Notes: generated by a model not told the origin, from the sequence alone. 64,000 nt of DNA from Geosiphon pyriformis uo1 (GCA_016748015.1 JAAOMT010000659.1:1-64000); one strand, 5' to 3'; numbered from the stretch's first letter, positions 25,447 through 38,828 are shown. Numbers and translations: made by a program.

Positions 25447-26378
25447 ATTTTATCATTAATTAGCATATATTATTGTTCAAATTATTACTTATTACATTAG
25501 CAAAATATCTGAAATTATCATTTAATTAATAATCTAAATTGTACATAACACAAATCTAACCTAATTGCAATGATCAATCATGCAATACCCCGAACTATGT
25601 AACATTCAAAAAGTTCACTAAAATTGTAAGAAATTTGCCAAAATAATTGATAGTTCACTGAAATATCTAATAGTTTGCAGAAATAACTTATAGTTCACCA
25701 AAATGTATCTTTAGTTCAGCAAAATTATAGAAAATAGCAAAGTTCAAGTTCATAGAATAGTGTTATGACAAGTTGTATAAAAGAAGAGCTTTTTTCTTCA
25801 AGGAAATATATCTTACTTCAGATTTAATAATTAGAATCATCCTTTACACACAAAAACAAAATAAATATCAAATAAATTCGAAAAGCCAAATTCTTAATTA
25901 TTTCCTTTGAAATTAATCAATTCCTACTAACAGTTGAAATTGATTAGCTACCAATTTCAGTAGACTGTTAAAACACTTCCAGGCCTGGATCTGAAACAAC
26001 TTCCATAAATCATCAGTTTTACTTTTTCTTTTACATTTCTTTTATTCTCTTTTTTTTCTTATTATAAATCATTTAGGTAGCCTACGGACAAGAGTTCTTG
26101 TAGAAGAGTTGACTTTCACAGCAAAGTAACTACACATTTTAGTGAGCTTCCAGACAAGCAATTCCTGGGAAAGAGTTGATGTTTACTACAACATAACTAT
26201 ACAAAGTAACTGGCATGGAATTGGCCATTCTACTTATAAGTCCAGTAGTTCAAATTATAGGAGATAATTTGAAGATAAATTCAGTTATCGGAGGTTCAAA
26301 CACTTCCCATAATCATGAATTAACAGCATTACAACAAACATACAAGAACTAAAAAAAAACCAAAAACCTCTGGTAACA
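25396..26378 (+). repeat. G1 3' LTR
   Basis: Preceded by PPT GAGGAAGAAG (25383-25392). Repeat of the 5' LTR. Confidence 0.97.
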
Positions 26379-27843
26379 GCACATACTGGTGGGCCCAATA
26401 ATCAGACAAAGCTAAAGACACTATTTGCCTTCTTGTCCAACTCTCCATAATTCTATCTACATTAGACTTAACTTTGGTTGGCTTCACAATCATCTCATCA
26501 TTCACCACCATGTAATCCAGCACCACCTTGTAAAAGGATTGGTCCAGAACACTTCTAATTATGCCACTTTTATTAAAACAAAATTTTTTCATACACTTTT
26601 CTATTGCTTTCCTAATAGACTCCTTCTTAGCCAATCTTGACTTGTGCATCTTAGACTTCCTATAACTTTTATAGACCATGGACAAATATTTAAAAATAGA
26701 CACAGAATGGTTATCCAAAAGAACCAGATCAGTGAAAACATGGGCTTCGGCATTATTCAAGATCAACCAAGCCCTTACAAAACTATTAACCCCAACAACA
26801 TCACCTGAATTAAATTTCTTAACAATTTTGGCAACCAATATTTCCAACCCAAAAAACTTGAAAGAATGTCTGTTCCTTGAATACTGAAACTCACTGAATC
26901 ATTGCTTTGAAAATATTTCATCAGCCGATTCCACCACCATCTTCTCCAGAATAATCCACATATTATCTATTTTACCATATGCCTCAGCATCAGAAATTGT
27001 GTCCTCTGCCAACAACAGCTTGGAAGTCGCACAATCTCTAAACTTAGCCCACTTGGTGCCATCCACATCCTTAATATTAAATTTTCAATGATCTTTATTT
27101 GTTTGTTTGTGCAAGCTATTCAGATAACTGTCTAAGAAGCCACCCAAACCTATAGACACTATAACAACCTTGTAATCAGTATTAAAAAAACCAGAAACAG
27201 AGCCAATCATGTAATCTGCAACTGCTAAAGCCAAATTCCCACTAATGAAAATGTAGTCAATAGTTCTCTCAATTTCCCTTGAATTGTTCCATGTAACAGT
27301 TTTAGCCAAGGAATAATCTGCAAAAGAATTAACCAAATCCAAATTCAAACAAAATTTAAAATTCACACTCCTTCCAGATCTATCTTTATTAAAGTTACCA
27401 CCCAGTACCACGAAAGTGCTAAAGTTAACAGCCTTGGCAATGAGAAAGTTTACCTCTGAAGCCTGATCAAATCTAACTCCAGCCGAAGCACCAGCATACA
27501 AACCCAAGACAATGACCAAAAGCTTGCCTTTAAACAGGAGTTGTACTAAAATAATCCTCCCTAAAATCTCTTATACCTTGGAAATATGACAAGCCAAGGA
27601 ATCATTCATAATAACAGCCACACCAGCACCAGTATAACCCTTATCTATACCAGACATGAATATCTGCATACTATCAAACTTATTGGCAATTCAAGGTTTA
27701 ACACCAGATCGCAACTTAGTTTCCATAACAATAGACACCACATTACCCGAGCTCAAGTACCACTGAACAACATCCTTTTGCTTAGCAGGTATATTAATAT
27801 CTTGAACATTACATGTAACAAATTTCCAAATCAAACTACTCAT
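26379..27843 (-). pseudogene. LINE C ORF2, 5' part (APE endonuclease)
   Basis: Start MSSLIWKFVTCNVQ, LGGNFN, TIDYIF. Confidence 0.88.
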
Positions 27844-29790
27844 TGGGAAGAAGAAGAGGACAGAGAACTCAAACCAGAGCCCAAAGGATCTAATCTAGCC
27901 AGTACCAAACAAATTGACACTTCCAAAGCCACTATCTTCAACTCCAAACTACACACTTTGGTGGTCAAGACCTTCAAACTGCTGGGACTGAAATCAGAAA
28001 GCAAAGTGTCAACATCAGAAAGAGAAGGTGTGGATGGCACCAACACACTATCCACAGTCATATCCAAGACCAAACCCAATACTGAAGAGGTAGAAGCAAC
28101 TAAAAGAGACACCTGAAGAGCCAAAGGTAGAGGCACCAAATCAACAGAACTTAATTTCTTCAATAAGTCAGACATTTGGTCCACCACAAGCTCTAGAAAG
28201 CACTCCAAAGAAGCCAAACAATTATTAAAACCAGAAACATCAAAAGAGGCAGAAGCTGTGTGAAGGGTTTTAGCACTTAACACTATTCCCACATTTAATG
28301 GAGATGAAGAAACAACATGAAAAAAAGAACTACTGGCAACCTGAACCCAAGTTTTGCCACCAAAAGAAACTGAATGAACATAGATATCTGCTTTTTCTTA
28401 TATATATTGGCCAAGCAAATTTGATCTTGAGAGATTACTACCCACTTCCCATGAGCACCAAAATTCCCACCCACAGAACAATCATCAGAAACATAACCAA
28501 ATTGGTCACACTTAGCACAGCAAACCAGAAAAAAACCAGCCCATCTTAAATTCACATTCCTGAAAACTGGCAAAAACTCAATAACATTATTTCTCAATTT
28601 TTAACCATTAAAACAAACTACTGCACATCTGTCATGAGCATATGAAACCAGATTGTGGCCAATAAAACATGTCTTTCTACCATAAGAAGCTAACAGCTTA
28701 GATAAATTATGTACAGTAGTACCAATTGGCAAGATGTAAAGCAAAGCCCTATAATAATCTCTCAATATCCATATTTGTTTATTACCAACAGCCAATGCCA
28801 CCCTTACTGAATTTTTTCCCATGAAAACTAACCATTTGGCAGCAATCATGCCAGCTACATTTGATGATTCAAATTCCACTCAGGCTTTTTGCCAAAGACC
28901 AATTAACTGTATTCTTACTGATACAATCTTGCCAAATTTAGAAAAGACCAATACAACTGCTGATTTGAGAAGATCGACTGAGATCTTCTTGACTATTACT
29001 TTCTGATCTAAATGGCTATTTGGTTTTCCAACATCAATATTTACCAAAAATTTTTCACTGATTGCCAATTCTTTGGCTTTGATTAAACTTAATTCGGAAG
29101 TAAAAGAAGACCTAATAATGCTTAAGAGTTTTGAAAAAGCAGATGCCCCCCAAAACCATCTATCCAATAGAACATTTTTTTCACAGTAATCAATTTGTTA
29201 CCAATGGTTTTGCCAGGCAAGGCAGAAAATCCAATATCCAATGTAAATGACTTAACTGAATTAAAAATATGTTTTTCTGATGCATGTGACCCAACAGAAA
29301 GCAATTTTTTGGAGCCTGCAAACTTAGGAGACAGAAAAGCCACCAAATCATTATTATCACTTAAAACGTCGAACAAAAGAGTCTTCAGAGGCTGACCTAA
29401 TACATACATGTAAGTGCACATTTTTCTGGGAGTGGTATTGTTTGCCATGTCATTGACCACAGAAGCATCTGAGTTAGCATAACTAATTTTTTCAGCAATA
29501 GTGTTTTTCATGTTCTCTAAGTCCAACAAACTGCTCACACTACTCATCTTGCTTTCTATTTTGCTGCCCCAAGATTTTGAAAACATACCGTTAACATTGC
29601 CAATATCAGCTAGGCCCAATGGGCTAGCAGACAAATCAATCATACTAATGCTGACTTTGGGATTCTTAGACTTTTTGTAAGATGCACTATGAGAGTACAC
29701 ACTATTAACTCTTTTTTTTTTTGCATCAGACCAGATCCCCAAACCAGCAAAAGCAGATTCAGAGCCACCAGCAGCAGAACTTGTCAGTTT
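27840..29790 (-). pseudogene. LINE C ORF1
   Basis: Fragments homologous to LINE B ORF1 (QLIGLWQKA, RALLYILPIGTT, knuckle CAKCDQFGYVSDDC). Start approximate. Confidence 0.82.
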
Positions 29791-29942
29791 TATATTTATA
29801 AATAAAGATACATCTGAAAAAATAGTTGAAAGTATGAAGAGAAAAGATAATAGGAAAAAACTTTTTCTTTGGCAATATCTCGCTTTTGTTGTGACCAGAG
29901 GATCAACAAGAAAAAGAAAATTTTTTACTCTATTGTTTTTTT

Positions 29943-32743
29943 ATTTATGTTTACATATAATTTTTATATAAATAAAATTGACAATTGAAATAATAATTTA
30001 TTTTAGAGTTTGCTTTTATTTTTATCTATTTTATTAAATAATCAGTTATTTTATTATATATTTATTTTTATTAAAAGTTATTATTAAGAATTTAATAACA
30101 TTAATTCTAATTTTGTTAAAAATTGACTAACAAATATAAAATAAATGTTTTTTTATTAAGTTTTTTTTTTGTTAACAAATATTATAAATTTTAATATATT
30201 TTTTTTTAATAATAGCCAATAATATTTGGTTAATGTTTTTTAGATGGTTTTTGGTTTTTCAAAATATTTTGTTAAAAAATTAATATATATATTATATATT
30301 ATAATTTTTCTTTTTTCAAATTAGATAACTTTTTGTGTTTAATTAGAATTTTTATGGCTTTTTTAATATAATTGGTTTTGGCAGATTAAATAAAAATTTG
30401 ATTGTTTTTGCAAATATTTTTTTGTTGTTGATTATATTTTAACAAATATTGTTTTTTATCCAAAATTTAATAAGTATTGAATAATTTTCCAAGTTAATTA
30501 TTGTGTTTGATTTTAAAACATATTACTAATAATTAAATTTGATTTGTTTTTGTTGATTTGTTTTATTTTACTAAATAACTAATTAAAATAAAGTGTTTGT
30601 GTTTTGATTTTTTGTTTTTTTACAATATTTAATATTATATTTATATTTATTTAAGTAAATAATCTAACAAAAAGGTTTTTTGTGATTCAGTTTTTTTTAT
30701 TTTTAACTAAAACTTGATAATTAGTATATAGATTAAACTTTTTTCTTATAATATATTTGTTTTAATAATTAGTGGACTATATTACTGCTAAGCACTTTTT
30801 TTTAATTATTGTATAATTTTTTTTCTACTTGTTATAAGATTTTATTATCATAAATTATAACTTGTTTTTTTTGTAATAAAACAGCACCAAAAAAACATTA
30901 AAAACATTAATGTAAAAAACAAATAACTTGTTAAAATCAGATTGTTTTAAGATTGGTTTAATAGTTAGTTTTTTTTTGAATGTTTCAAATGTTTTTTGTT
31001 AGAATATATTTTAGTAATAATTAATATTTTTTTTTAAGAATTAATTAAAAAATATGCAATTTTAGAGAAATTTTTAATAAATTTTTAATAATATAAGACT
31101 AATCTAAAAAAAATCACAATTTAAGAATATTTATTAATTGTTTAAGTTTTTGTATTTTTTTAGGTTTTGTTAGATCTAAAAAAAATTCCATTTTTTATTA
31201 CAAAATATTTTAAAAACTAAGTAAATTATTATTCAAAAAATAATTTAATGAAATTAATCTTAAATCCAATATTTTTCAAAAAATCAAAATTTTTTGAAGA
31301 TGTTTTAAATGTTTATTCTAAGTTAGTAAGCATATAATTATATTATCAAAATAAATAAAAACAAATTTTTAATGTTTTAATTCAAACACTTTGTTTATTA
31401 ATTTTTGAAAAGTGAGTAAGATATTTATTAATCCAAAAAATATTATTGTGAACTTATAAGTTTTATACTTTATAATAAATAAAAATTTTTTTCTATTAAC
31501 AAAATTTATTTCTATTTATCAAAATCCAATAGTTAAATTAATTGTTGTAAAATATACTAAGCTTTTAAATAGATTAAAAATTATTAATTTTTAAAAAAGA
31601 ATACATATTTTATTTAATAATTGTATTTAGCTGACTATAATTAATACAAAATTATAATGGTTTTTTTTTGGATATTATTGCAATAAAAAATGTTTATTTG
31701 TTGGTTTTTTGTATAAATCCAAGTTTTTCTATTTAATCTATTTTTTTGATAAATTGATTATTTTGTTAGTTTTATTAATAAAATTTCAAATAAATAGATC
31801 AAATATTTTTGGTTTCAATTATATGTTGAATTAAATTTGTTTAACAGAATGTTTTTTTTTAATCTTACTAATTTATTTCAGACTAGCAGATTTTTAATAT
31901 TTATTTGTGGATTCTTTTTATTAGATTCTGTTAAAAATTGGATTTTAAACACTTTTTTTTCAAGTATTTTTTGTATTGCTCATTTGAAATTAGATTAATT
32001 GGTTCTCAATTCTTGAAAAAAAACAAATATAATTTGTATTTATCACTGAAGAAATAAAAAAAATAGTTATACTAATATTATACACAAGAATTATATTACT
32101 AGTAATTCTATTTTGCTTTATTTCTAAATTATTATCTAAACATTTTTTAAGCATATTATAATATGACCAATAAATAAGTTTTTTATTAATAATTAATTTT
32201 TTACTATTAACTTGTATATTATTTAATAATTTTCTATTATTACTAAAGATAATAAAAACTAATTCAGCTTTTTGTTTTTAATTTTTTTTTCAGAAGTTTT
32301 AAAATTGTTGAAGTTATCATTATTGTTGCTTTATGGCTGTTTTTAGATTATTGCAAAAAGCAGTATAATATTAGTATTTAACTATAATTAATATAGTTTT
32401 ATTATAAATTATAAGTTTATAAAGTTTATAATTTAGAAAAGTTTTTGTTTTTTTTAATCATTTATTTTTAATCATTATGATATAATTTTTGGCTTTAAAT
32501 ATTTTTATATTAGTTTTAATATATATATTATTAATTCGAATAAGAATTGTTTTAACAATTTTTAAGTTTTTTTTCTTGTTTCTATAAACATTAATCATAG
32601 ATTTAGTTAATAATTTGTTGATTTTTTTTTAATTATATTTAAAAAATATTGAATTATAATATTAATTAATAAACTATTATTTAATATTAGATTTATAAAA
32701 TATCTAACTATTTGTGTTTTGTAAATAAAAAAAGTAATAATAT
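29943..32743 (-). mobile_element. Ancient hypermutated Gypsy piece 3: protease, RT, RNase H, spacer, integrase N-terminal half
   Basis: Reverse complement is colinear with G2 from about 35450 to 38315. Examples: 32640-32743 vs LICKAQVAGYFIDLILDS; about 30870-31280 vs 36960-37370; about 30350-30620 vs 37630-37900. Confidence 0.85.
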
Positions 32744-33419
32744 TGTTACAGTTGAAACTTATACTTCTTATTAAATATCACATGTATTAACCATTGATGT
32801 CATATAAATTAGCCACTTTATTTTTAGATAGTGATCATTGACCTGACTATTAACTTGATCATTGACCTAGTTATTGACTTGATTATTGACTACTTTTGAC
32901 AACTATATAAGCAATAAATCTCTTAGCTGTAAAAAAGTATGTTAAAAATAATCAAGAATAAATAAAATAACAACTTTCATCTCAATTATTCTTTTATCGC
33001 TAATTTCCCTTTCTCTACCTTTAAGTATCTGAAAATTTTGGGATAAAAGATTATTTGTTGGTTAATTCTTACCCTTTTTCTGAAATATATAAGTGTAGCA
33101 TTTGAAGATTATTGAATAAAACATAACTGAAGAGCACATCTGATACTTGATATTGAATTCTAAGAGTGCTGATGTGAGGCATAGAATTATACCAAGTGTG
33201 ATCATTTGTTAACAGTATAGACTATCCCTCTACTTTCAGATTCTCTAGTTACCTTTTAAAAAGAATAGTGACTGAGATATTTTATAAGACTGATCTTGTA
33301 CTTTGAATCTATACTTATTTAATTCGCTCTTTGAAGTTGAATTCTCTTTGATTATTTTCATTACTCTACAATCCTGTTCTCTCTTGCTATCTGTTAACTT
33401 GTTACTTCAATCCATAACA
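32744..33419 (+). repeat. G2 5' LTR
   Basis: TGTTACA...ATAACA, 12-bp repeat array, TATATAA at 32904, followed by PBS TGGTGCTCTCTGTAAGG at 33426. Confidence 0.82.
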
Positions 33420-33471
33420 TAAAAGTGGTGCTCTCTGTAAGGTTGTCAAAATCCACTTTGTTTCCTATTGT

Positions 33472-36400
33472 ATGGGTGATTATTCATACCTATCACAACA
33501 ATCAGAAAAATACTTTGAAGCACACAACAAAAACAATCTAAACTTTATTGAACTCAATTTTTTATCCTCCTGCTTGATTTGTTTCTCCATTGAAGAACAA
33601 TTCAGTAGACAATTTCAAGACTTTTGGAACTGGTTTCTAAATGAGCATTCAGCTGAAACCTACACAGCCTATACAATCTATTACTTTAACCAAGCTTATT
33701 TTGAAGACAACTTTGAAGAAAGAAACAACAGTATCAATCAGCTCTTATATTCTACAATCTTTGAACAACAGCCCCATAATTTCGAATATCTGAATTATCA
33801 AATCCACATTTGAATTGCTGCCCATCAATCAACAGAAACTCCTCTTGAAACAGAAGAAAAAGCTATCAAACTGCTCCTGTTTTTGATCTCTTTTCAAGTG
33901 AATCAAAACACTTCACACAAACAGTTACATCTGAACCAATGGCTTAAGACCCTCTGCAACAAAACATTCTGATTGCCTTTTAAGGTATACAGACTGCTTT
34001 AGGACAAAAAAACAACATCTCATTACCATTATTCAGAGGTGATGTCCAAGATCCAATTGAATGGCTGGATGATTTTGAGAAAGCTGTCACAGCACACTAA
34101 TATGATAATGAATACAAGTTCCAAATCGTTGGTGGCTATCTTCAAGACTCTTCTGCTACTTGGCTCTTACAAAAAACCAATGCCAATGCTCAACAAAAAA
34201 TTATTAGATAGGCACCAGCAAATGCTGGAGAAGACAACATCTCTTTTACTATCCAGTTTGAAATAAAATTTAGAATTCTCATCTTAATCTCAAAATGGCA
34301 TATAGAATTAGAAAGAAGAACTCAAGGCCCTGGTGAGGTTGTGACAGAATATACCAAATTAATAAGAAAACTCATTAAACAGATAGACTTTGGAAAAAAT
34401 TGGACAGAAGAGCAGAAAATACATTCCTTCACAAAAGAACTGAGAACTGATCTATTATATGCTCTTTGGCCTTGAAAAATTATCCCACAATGGATATGGC
34501 TGTTGAACTTGCCCAAAGAATAGAGGATAACCAAAGGATACATCTGGGATCTACTCTTCTAGTTTTTGCTCCTACTCCTATTATGGCTCCTGCTTCATAA
34601 ATGGCTGCTACCTCTTTTGCTGCCCAAACTCAAGACTCAAATGAACAGTTAATAAATAAACTTACAGCAAATCTTGCCTGGTTACTGGAACTTTTGGCCC
34701 AAGTGGTTGGAGAAAATCAACAATTCCAAAAATCCAGATTTGAACTCTGCTTTAATCAGCCCCAACAACCATCATATCAAAGACAGCAAAATTGCGACCC
34801 ACCTGTGTGCTATCACTGTGAACTAACTAGACATTTTTCAAAAGACTGTAACAATCCTCTATTGTCTTCTCCAGCTCTTAGAAATAATAACACCCAGAAT
34901 AACAGACCCAACAATAATAATGTTCTCAATCAAAGACCCAATTATGCCAACATCAATTTTTTTGAAGAGGATCTCTTAGTTGAAGCTATTGTTTATTAGT
35001 CTTTAAACTGGTAGGTGCACCTCCAAAGAATGAGAGTGCAAGCCAACCAGAAGAAAACTTCTTTTACACTTTTAACCTAACAGATAATAACCATAATATA
35101 GATGAACTGGCAATCAACATCTCTGACTTAACAAGAAAGAAAAAGAAAGCCAAGATTGATTTCGTTCTAGATCCCAACAAAGCCTCAACTTCTACTGCTG
35201 ACAACAATGAGCCACTAAAGGCTAAAGTTTTTAAAAATCCTCCAAAGTTGGAACCTCCAGAAATAGTACAAAAATCTGGCCCCTATTCTGTTGTTAAAGA
35301 TTTCATGAAAACCCCAGCACACATTATATTTGGCTAACTAATGACTCATCCACAGTTCAGAAAAGATCTTCACAAATTTTTAATACCAAAGAAGAAAACA
35401 CCAAAAACCAATAAATGCTCTCATCAAGCCAGACTTGCTGACAATAACAATGTCACTTCTCTGATTTGTAAAGCCCAAGTGGCTGGTTATTTCATTGATT
35501 TGATTTTGGACAGTAAATTATCTGTTAGTGTAATTGCCAAACACTTTTTAGAAGCAATTGGCAGAAAAATTGATGAACTATCCACAAGACCAATAACTAA
35601 TGTACATGGTAACAAGAAAAAAGATCTGAGCATAGCCAAAGCTGTTTCTGTTCAAATCAATGGCATTAGCATTGAAACTGACATGAAAGTATCTGAAGTC
35701 AAAGAATACACTATAATAGTAAGCAATAAATGGCTTAAGAAAGCAAAAGCCTTGCTTAATTATGAACTCTGTAAATTGACCATCAGATATGGTAAGAAAA
35801 CTATTGTAGTTAAGTGCCATTATTGGACAACTTCTCCAATAACCAAACAGAACCAAAAAGAAAAACAATCAGATGAATCAGATAATAATAAGAGCAATAA
35901 TAATAAAGATCAAGAAAAAACTGCTAAACTTGCCTATACCATTTTCATCAGCAATAGCAAGCCACTAGACAATGTTAAAGTTGACAAAAAAGAAATCATA
36001 GTAAATGGCAAGCTGATTTACTGGCCCTACTATGATATCTTCAAAAGAATCTTTGACAGAAAACCTGGCAAGAAAGCCAAATACAGTTATTGGTGACATA
36101 GTTCTTGTGTATGGTATTGGTGTAATAAATTTTTGTATTTAGCAAGTTATAAATGCAAATCCTGCCTGATCTATTACAAAGATTGGAAACCAATTAGCTT
36201 GATATCCAGAGAAGAACTTAAAAAAGTACAAAAGTCCTTTGAGAATGAACCACCTGAAATCCAATTTCTAGTTGTAGAACAAAGAAAACCTTCCGCTGAA
36301 GAAAAAAAAGTGGACATTGAAAATCTGTTGGCTAGAAATAACTCAGTTATTTTAAAAGAAAGTGACACCTCTGGATGAACTCATGTAATACAACACATTA

Positions 36401-37685
36401 TTACCACCAAAGAAACTCACCCCATCTATTTGAAGCCTTATTAATCTAATCAATATAATGATGAGTTTATCAAGAAAGAGATAAACTAAATAAAAAATCT
36501 TGAATTTATACAAGAAACCAAGAATGAATAGGCTTTCCCAGTTGTAGTAGTATCCAAGAAAGGTGGAACCCTATGCTTTTGTGTTGACTACTGCCAACTA
36601 AATGCCATCACTATAAGAAACATGTACCCACTTCCCAAAATTGATGTAATGCTAAATAAATTCAATAGTGCTGCTTTCTTCTCAACTATTAATTTAACTG
36701 CTGGATTCTGGCAAGTAGAGATGGATCCAAAAAGCAGAAAAAAAACTGTCTTTGTTACCAAGTATGACACCTATGAATTCACAGTCATGCCTTTTGGTTT
36801 CACCAATGCTCCTTCCATTTTTCAATGCCTAATAGATAAAGTGTTTAAATCAGTAAAAAAAACTTTGTTTTAGTGTACTTAGACGACATAATGGTATATT
36901 CAAAAACCTGGGATGAACATCTTGAACATTTACAGAAGGTTTTTGATCTGCTCAGAAATGCTGGCCTTATAATCAACCCAATCAAATCTTTCTTTGGACA
37001 CCAATCCACCTAGTTCTTTGGTTATCTTATTACAAAAAATGGAATCTTCCCTAACCTAACTAAAGTTGAAAAAGTTCAGAACATTAGACAACCAATGAAT
37101 GTTCCTGAACTATGCTCTTTCCTTGGTTTGGCCTCTTACTATTGCAAATTTATCAAGAATTTCTCCAAAATTGCCTTTTTTCTCAATCAGCTACTCAGAA
37201 AAAATGTTAATTATTATTGGGGCACTCATCAACAAAAAGCTTTTGAAATTCTGAAGGAAAAACTTGTTACTGAACCAATTCTTAAGCAATCTAATCTGGA
37301 CCAATCTTTTATCCTCCACACTGATGTATCTGGTTATAGACTTGGTGCTGTTTTTTCACAGAAAGATGAAAATGGCAAAGAACATGCCATAACATATGCT
37401 AGTAAATTCCTCATACCAGTAGAAAAAAACTACTCAGTAACTGAACAAGAATGTTTAACAGTAGTTTGGGCTATTAACTACTGAGATTAATATCTTCTTG
37501 GTGCAAAATTCTTAATAGTAACAGATCATTAAATCTTGGTTTGGCTGCACAATAAAAAGAAGCTAAAACACAAATGAATAACTTGCTGGATACTTCACTT
37601 GGATAAATTTGACTATAATATTCAACACCACAAAAGAACAAATCATCAAAATGCTAACACTCTTTTTAGACTTACCATCCAGTGA
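33472..37685 (+). pseudogene. G2 gag-pol (Gag, PR, short Cys/Trp region, RT, RNase H)
   Basis: ORF-track fragments 33472-37484 in canonical order. Confidence 0.88.
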
Positions 37686-37746
37686 TAGTACAACCTTTTA
37701 AACCAAACCAACTTAATTATTAATTCCTTCACAAACAAACACAATA

Positions 37747-38828
37747 ATAAACTTGAATAACTACTCTGCTTTAATGGAATTTTTGGATAAAGAACAATAC
37801 CCACCAGAATACACTCAACAGCAAAGAAAACAATTGTGCAAACAATCAAATTTCTATTTGATTTGCCAGAACCAGCTATATAAAAAAATAGAAAAGATCT
37901 TAACCACCCTCAGAGAGTCATCAGATTTAAAGAAAGAAAAATTGTAATATACAACATGCACACTGACCCACTAACTAGACACTTTGGAAAAACAAAAACA
38001 ATTCAAAAAACTTTAGCTCACTATTATTGGCCTACTTTGGAAAAAAATATTGCTAAATACATCAAAACCTGTGACATTTGCCAAAGTAGAAGCAAACCCA
38101 ATCACAAAAAAGATATCCATCCAATCTCTGTTGGTCAACCATTTGACAGAATTGGTATAGATGTTCTTGGACCTTTAACAATAACTCCTGATGGCAACAG
38201 ATACATTATTACAGCTACTGACTATTTTACAAATTGAGTAGAAGCAAAAGCCACTCCAGACCAAACAGCAGTTTCAATAGCCAATTTCATTTATGAAGAT
38301 ATCATCTGTCATCATGGCTGCTCTAAAGAACTTTTATTTGATAAAGGAAGAGCTTTTCTCAGTACACTAGTTGAAAAACTTTGCAGAAAAATGGGAATAT
38401 GTCATAAATTTTTCTTTCTATATTACTTCCAAACAAATAGCCTAGTGGAACGTTTCAATAGAACATTATGTGAAACTCTAGCCAAAACCAGTAAAGAAAC
38501 AAACTTATGGGACAAAGTACTGCCTTTAGCTTTGTTTGTTTATAGAACTGTGAATCATGACATAACAAGTTATAAACCTTTTTATCTGCTCTATGAATAC
38601 ATGGCAACATTACCAATAGAAATTGACATTGAAACAATATTCTTTGAAGAAATCACAATAAGAAATTACAAAGACATTTTGCAAAGAAGACTTGGTACCA
38701 TTCTTGACTCCTTGGTAGAAACATGAATAATTGCTTTTAAAAAGATAAAACAGTTTCAAAAAAAGCTTAAGAAAATAAAAACTTATAAAACATTTTCTTT
38801 AAGTGTTGATAACTTGGTATTGGAATAG
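37747..38828 (+). pseudogene. G2 integrase, separate ORF, truncated
   Basis: HTDPLTRHFG...CDICQ, GIDVLGP, VERFNRTL. Start codon probably ATG>ATA. Confidence 0.87.

Larger units (their letters stand above)
16482..26378 (+). mobile_element. Gypsy G1 (family 1), structurally complete Ty3/Gypsy LTR retrotransposon with dUTPase, separate integrase ORF and ORF3
   Basis: Two 983-bp LTRs (TGTTACCAG...CTGGTAACA), 4-bp TSD GCAC (16478-16481, 26379-26382), PBS, PPT, and domain order PR-RT-RH-IN. Confidence 0.97.
13117..29942 (-). mobile_element. LINE C, full length, interrupted by Gypsy G1
   Basis: 11-bp TSD ATTTATGTTTA at 13106-13116 and 29943-29953. Poly(A) at 13117-13125. ORF2 occupies 13252-16481 plus 26379-27843, ORF1 27840-about 29790. 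Removing G1 restores AHQYVPLDY. Confidence 0.93.
32744..38828 (+). mobile_element. Gypsy G2 (family 2), 3'-truncated, no dUTPase
   Basis: 5' LTR, PBS, Gag with CYHCELTRHFSKDC, protease LILDS, RT (VMPFGFTNAPSIFQ, YLDDI), RNase H ending at stop 37683-37685, integrase from about 37747. Confidence 0.9.

Noticed and set aside
29943-32743. Centromere, origin or organellar insertion as the explanation for the AT-rich tracts
   Set aside because: The tracts align colinearly to Gypsy pol. A secondary centromeric role cannot be judged from sequence.
33125-33200. Hammerhead ribozyme (CTGAAGA core) in the G2 LTR
   Set aside because: No GAAA after a stem II and no convincing three-way junction.
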